Positions 59,982 to 64,000 of a stretch of 64,000 nucleotides of DNA are shown here, piece after piece. Made by a program: the position numbers and the translations under genes. The first letter of the stretch is position 1, and each line of letters starts with the position of its first letter. Under the pieces are notes generated by a model. It saw nothing but the letters and a program-made list of their open reading frames with translations, had not been told where the DNA came from and did not search any database. The stretch lies in the IMG/VR virus record IMGVR_UViG_3300032007_000003, positions 32,001-96,000 of that record; one strand, 5' to 3'. The stretch is from a virus (Duplodnaviria; Heunggongvirae; Uroviricota; Caudoviricetes).

Positions 59982-60491
59982 TGTGGCTGTTTGAGCAGTT
60001 CCAATACTGGTATTCACAAGCCTATGGCATCATTGGTGAATGATACTTATTTCATAAAGAAAAAACTAGAAGATGAAAAGAAATATGAAAAACTCCCATA
60101 TATCATTGCAGATGGTGGTATAAGAGGCTATCGTGATATAATAAAGGCGATTGCTCTTGGCGCTGATTACGTCATGATAGGAAGTGTATTTGCTAAAATG
60201 GCAGAATCAGCAGCTCCAAAACAAGAAATAGATGGCGAAACATATGCTACATTTTATGGGATGGCATCAAGAGAAGGACAGATTGCAATGAATGGGCAAA
60301 AAACAAAAACTAGTGAAGGTGTAAAGAAACTCCTTAAGGTTGAATATACGATGGAAGGATGGACGAAAAACTTTACTGATTATTTACGTTCAGCAATGTC
60401 ATACCTTGGTACTAATACATTGGATGAAGTGAGAGAAAAAGCAATTTTGTTAGTAAATTCTCAAAATGCTGTAAATGTTGTAAATAAATGA
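59862..60491 (+). CDS. guaC: split intein C-fragment fused to GMP reductase/IMPDH C-terminal half
   Basis: VYDLEVEDEHSYIANDFVVHN|C, then CGCLSSSNTG, IIADGGI, GADYVMIG, FYGMAS, SEG, LRSAMSY. Confidence 0.88.
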   Translation: MFELIEIEKIEIYECEETKVYDLEVEDEHSYIANDFVVHNCGCLSSSNTGIHKPMASLVNDTYFIKKKLEDEKKYEKLPYIIADGGIRGYRDIIKAIALGADYVMIGSVFAKMAESAAPKQEIDGETYATFYGMASREGQIAMNGQKTKTSEGVKKLLKVEYTMEGWTKNFTDYLRSAMSYLGTNTLDEVREKAILLVNSQNAVNVVNK

Positions 60492-60500
60492 TTAAAATTA

Positions 60501-60536
60501 AAGTGAATAAGAGTTGATTTCTTATTCACTTTTTTT
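60501..60536 (+). terminator. rho-independent terminator
   Basis: aagtgaataaga...tcttattcactttttt. Confidence 0.75.
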
Positions 60537-60554
60537 ATCTTTTAAATAAAACCT

Positions 60555-61247
60555 ATGGATAAAAGCATTGCAATTGTTGTTTGTTCTAAGAAAACAACAG
60601 AAGAGAATAAAGATTTTATTGAACACATCAAGAATACTTGTGATTGTGATACACATGTATATATGATACATAATCCTGGAGGAGTTTCAATTTCAAAGAT
60701 TTATGCCGATATGGTTGTTAACAATGAAATTGATAGTGATGTATTAGTTTTCATACATGATGATGTTGAGTTTCTAAGAGAAGGATGGGGTAGAGAAATA
60801 TTGAGACTTTTCAACGAACACGAGGATTATGGAATCATTGGCGTTGCTGGCTCTGCTCAATTTGATGATAAGGGTGCTTGGTGGAATTATGATAAAAAAT
60901 TCGGACAAGTGCTCCACAGACATGATGGAAAGTCTTGGTTAACCGCATTTTCACCATTGCTTGATAAGGATTTACAAGAAGTGGTGGTTATTGATGGATT
61001 GTTTATGGCGGTACATAGAAAAAGAATAGCAGAGAATTTCAGTAGAGAACTTTTGGGTTTTGATTTCTATGACATTTATTTCTGTTTGGCTAACTATTTT
61101 GAGAAAAAATGTAAGATTGGTGTAACAACTAATATCAGAATGGCTCACAATTCTGTTGGTGCTTTAAAGGATAGTTGGTATAAGAATAGGGAGATAATAA
61201 ATGAGAAATTTGGTAATAAGTTCCCAATTGATATTTTAAAGAAATAA
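60555..61247 (+). CDS. GT-A (GT2-like) glycosyltransferase
   Basis: VFIHDDV, GIIGVAG, VVIDGLFMA, FDFYD. Confidence 0.8.
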   Translation: MDKSIAIVVCSKKTTEENKDFIEHIKNTCDCDTHVYMIHNPGGVSISKIYADMVVNNEIDSDVLVFIHDDVEFLREGWGREILRLFNEHEDYGIIGVAGSAQFDDKGAWWNYDKKFGQVLHRHDGKSWLTAFSPLLDKDLQEVVVIDGLFMAVHRKRIAENFSRELLGFDFYDIYFCLANYFEKKCKIGVTTNIRMAHNSVGALKDSWYKNREIINEKFGNKFPIDILKK

Positions 61248-61271
61248 TTTGGCATAGTTTTTGCGGTTGAT

Positions 61272-61499
61272 ATGGAGCTAGATAAATTAATTACATTATA
61301 TGGTGCGATAAGTAGTATTTGTCAAGATTATTCTAGGATGACTGATGGGTATTCACTCGCAACTGGAGATAATCAGTTTGAACATATTCCAGAGGATATA
61401 AGGAATATGATTTCAGAAAGACAAGAATTCTTTTCATACAGAGAAAAAGTCAGAGGTTTATTAAAATCTAAGATAAGAGAGGAAGTTAAAAAAATATGA
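61272..61499 (+). CDS. hypothetical protein
   Basis: 75-aa ORF. Confidence 0.6.
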   Translation: MELDKLITLYGAISSICQDYSRMTDGYSLATGDNQFEHIPEDIRNMISERQEFFSYREKVRGLLKSKIREEVKKI

Positions 61500-62482
61500 A
61501 CAAGTTAAAGAAAATATTATTGAATATTTGGTATGGATTACCATTTGGTCTTAAGGCTGCTGGGGATGAAATTATGGGCAGTGGTGAAGCAGACCAAGCT
61601 GGAACAGAAGTAAATCAACAAGTTACTGATAAGCGTGTTGCGAAACACTTATTAAAGGGCGAAGTTACCCAAGAAGTTGAGGAACTTAGATATAGAACAT
61701 ACAGAGTGGCAAATGAATCTGAGAAATATAAATATGTTGGTAACGGTGTTGCTATAAAGGAAGAAAAAGAAAAACCAAAGGATAAGACACGATTTAAGTT
61801 TTCTCAAGAGAATGAAAATATCTGTCAATCTGTATTAGATACCATGAATCAAATTGGAAATTATGGAATTGAGAGATATCGTCTTGAAATAGATTATAAT
61901 TCGTTTGTTAGATTTAAAGTTGAGAAGTTTGCAAAGAAGATTGATGTTGATATTGACGAAAAGATTGGTAAGGTTGAAACAACATTACACTTTAATACGG
62001 AACCAGACCCATATGATGCAGCTTCAATGCCATTTATAAATGAGTTAAAGAAATTATTGAATGCAAATGAATATGAAATTTCAAGAAATGAAATAGCAAC
62101 TTCAATATATAATTTATCGTTTACAACATATAAGGCATATAATGAAGATGACTTAGTGAATTATTCATTTATAAAGGGTGGTAAGTTTAAGGAGTTTAAA
62201 CAAGATGGATATGAATATCTTTTAACTCTTGAATGGAATGAATATTTCAGATTACCAACTGACCTTGAATCAAAATATTATTCAAAGTCTATGGCTGAGA
62301 AATATGCCAAGAAGGAGAGAAAGGATGTAGCACCAGAAATGATTAACTCTGAGAGAAAGAGATATTGTTCCGTATGTGGCAATGAAATGTCAGTTTATGA
62401 TGCTGATATACAAGAGGCAGATGGGCATAAGCCAATTTGTAAAGATTGTCTTAATAAAGCCTTGAAAAAAGAAGAAAAATGA
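61496..62482 (+). CDS. hypothetical protein with a C-terminal CxxC...CxxC motif
   Basis: LLKGEVTQEVEELRYRTY; CSVC...CKDC. Confidence 0.65.
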   Translation: MNKLKKILLNIWYGLPFGLKAAGDEIMGSGEADQAGTEVNQQVTDKRVAKHLLKGEVTQEVEELRYRTYRVANESEKYKYVGNGVAIKEEKEKPKDKTRFKFSQENENICQSVLDTMNQIGNYGIERYRLEIDYNSFVRFKVEKFAKKIDVDIDEKIGKVETTLHFNTEPDPYDAASMPFINELKKLLNANEYEISRNEIATSIYNLSFTTYKAYNEDDLVNYSFIKGGKFKEFKQDGYEYLLTLEWNEYFRLPTDLESKYYSKSMAEKYAKKERKDVAPEMINSERKRYCSVCGNEMSVYDADIQEADGHKPICKDCLNKALKKEEK

Positions 62483-62506
62483 TTATTTTTTATATAAAGA
62501 AATATT

Positions 62507-63106
62507 ATGTTAACAATTGGAATTGAATTAAATCATGTTGTAAGAAATATCAACAGACAAATTCTAAAGAATTATGCAAAAGAATTTGACCCATCAATGG
62601 AATGGGAAGACCTAGATGATAAGGTGGATATATTCAAGAAATATCTTAAGTTTGAAAGCAAGTATATTAAGAACAATTTCTTATATATTGATTATCCATT
62701 TGAAATATTTGGAGCTTGTCCAGCAATGGATAAGAATCTTCCAAGAGATATTAACAATTGGTTGGCAGAAATCGAGAATATGGAGGATGAGGACATTAGA
62801 ATCATTTTCTATAGTTTGGATGAGGTAGCATTAACAATTCAATCTAGTTATTTCTTCTTGAGCAAGATTGGTTCTAGAGTTAGAAAGGTGATTTTCCCTA
62901 CTAATCTTGATGAGGTTTGGGAGGAATGCGATGCAGTTATTACAGCAAGGAATGAGTTCTTTGAGAAAGAGAAACCAGAAGGAAAGAAGATTGTTCTAAT
63001 TAATCGTGAATTCAATGAACAACATAAGGATGAGGCAGATTTGAACTATGATAGTTTATCTGACATTATTACGGATAATAATTTTTTCAATAAGGTTAAG
63101 GAATGA
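62507..63106 (+). CDS. HAD-fold 5'-nucleotidase-like protein with a degenerate motif I
   Basis: IGIELNHVV in place of IGIDxDGV; ..NREFN C-terminal motif. Confidence 0.55.
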   Translation: MLTIGIELNHVVRNINRQILKNYAKEFDPSMEWEDLDDKVDIFKKYLKFESKYIKNNFLYIDYPFEIFGACPAMDKNLPRDINNWLAEIENMEDEDIRIIFYSLDEVALTIQSSYFFLSKIGSRVRKVIFPTNLDEVWEECDAVITARNEFFEKEKPEGKKIVLINREFNEQHKDEADLNYDSLSDIITDNNFFNKVKE

Positions 63107-63438
63107 CAAATACACCATACATTTTTGACTTAAACAACATTACAAGTTTTATATTTGGAAATCCGAATGAGAAAACCAATGAAGTGGAAATTACAGACAA
63201 CTTCATCTATGATAAGGATTCGAAATCAATGATTCCAAATACTAGGGAAGTTAAGGAAGTTAAGGTTAATGATTACACTGGACAAAATACCATTCGTTAT
63301 GATATGATTAGAATGTTTATTGACATTCTTGATTCAATTGAAGACCCAAAGGTATTGACAATGGGACAGAATATCACACTTAATACACTAAAGGCATATG
63401 AGCTAATAAAAGATATAAACGAGGAAAACAATGAGTGA
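63103..63438 (+). CDS. hypothetical protein
   Basis: 111-aa ORF. Confidence 0.65.
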   Translation: MTNTPYIFDLNNITSFIFGNPNEKTNEVEITDNFIYDKDSKSMIPNTREVKEVKVNDYTGQNTIRYDMIRMFIDILDSIEDPKVLTMGQNITLNTLKAYELIKDINEENNE

Positions 63439-64000
63439 TAAAGATTTAAAGGTTATCGAGAATATCGAAAAAGAGATTTCAAAGATAGATAAGAAAGAGA
63501 ATAGAATATACTTCTTCGTAATTGATACTAAAGGAGTAGCAAGTGGCTCTCTTGAATACATCTATAATTTAGCACTTATCCTAAAGGATGAGGGATATGA
63601 TGTTAATATGCTTCATACTGAGGAAGAGTTTGTAGGTGTTGGCGCATGGTTAGGAGAGGAATATACTAGTCTTCCACACTTTAATGTTAATAAGGGAGAG
63701 GTTGGTACATCACCTAGTGATGTGTTGTTTATTCCAGAGATTTATTCACAAGTTATGAATCAAACAAAAAATCTTCCATGTAAGAGAGTAATTATTTTGC
63801 AGAACTATGATTATGTGGTTGAACAAATGCCTTATGTGGCTCAGTTTGGTGATTTTGGTATTTTAGAGGGTATAACCAATTCAGATTATCAAGCAGCAGA
63901 ACTTAACGAATCATTCCCTTATATGAAACTTAAGAAGGTTAGACCATTCATTTCAAAGATATTCGGTTCTACAATTGCACCTAAGAAGATGGTTATTAAT
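63431..64000 (+). CDS. probable GT-B glycosyltransferase, truncated by the window end
   Basis: open frame from ATG 63431: ASGSLEYIY.LA..L...GYDV, DVLFIPE, ILQN. Confidence 0.55.
   Translation, partial: MSDKDLKVIENIEKEISKIDKKENRIYFFVIDTKGVASGSLEYIYNLALILKDEGYDVNMLHTEEEFVGVGAWLGEEYTSLPHFNVNKGEVGTSPSDVLFIPEIYSQVMNQTKNLPCKRVIILQNYDYVVEQMPYVAQFGDFGILEGITNSDYQAAELNESFPYMKLKKVRPFISKIFGSTIAPKKMVIN

Noticed and set aside
1-64000. Stop-codon reassignment (TAG to Gln, as in Lak and some crAss-like phages)
   Set aside because: Core genes are full-length in the standard code, and TAG ends genes at natural C-termini (SSB DDLPF, protease)
1-64000. tRNA, rRNA or a diversity-generating retroelement
   Set aside because: No cloverleaf, rRNA, reverse transcriptase or TR/VR pair was recognised by eye, and intergenic gaps are short and AT-rich; tRNAscan/Infernal would be needed to exclude small RNAs

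Overview
A 64-kb, AT-rich segment of a large T4-related myovirus (jumbo-phage-like), most likely infecting Bacteroidota. The host call rests on TTTG-N20-TAnnTTTG promoters and leaders without Shine-Dalgarno sequences. The standard genetic code fits. The head module contains terminase, portal, prohead protease, scaffold and major capsid, plus many small or modular acidic proteins that look packaged inside the head. The tail module contains sheath, tube, a chaperone/hub pair, tape measure, baseplate proteins and a hub with lysozyme and CHAP-like domains. The last part is a DNA/nucleotide module with gp32-like SSB, thymidine kinase, RecA/UvsX, a GMP reductase/IMPDH and glycosyltransferases. Most notable: (1) a fractured GMPR/IMPDH gene whose halves carry a naturally split intein (101-aa IntN, 40-aa IntC) separated by a free-standing endonuclease gene, with fragment charges reversed relative to typical split inteins; (2) a family of unrelated proteins sharing an N-terminal MKK(V/I)IRLTES(D/E)L leader and x-x-E|S sites, consistent with a capsid-targeting and protease-processing cargo system that includes a nucleotidyltransferase polyprotein and a GNAT-like protein; (3) a clean -1 slippery site that would fuse two head-region ORFs; (4) a sense-strand TATTTATA late-promoter candidate that is the reverse complement of the T4 late promoter; (5) two paralogous ankyrin genes under host-type promoters. 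All product calls come from motif recognition by eye; no database search was run.
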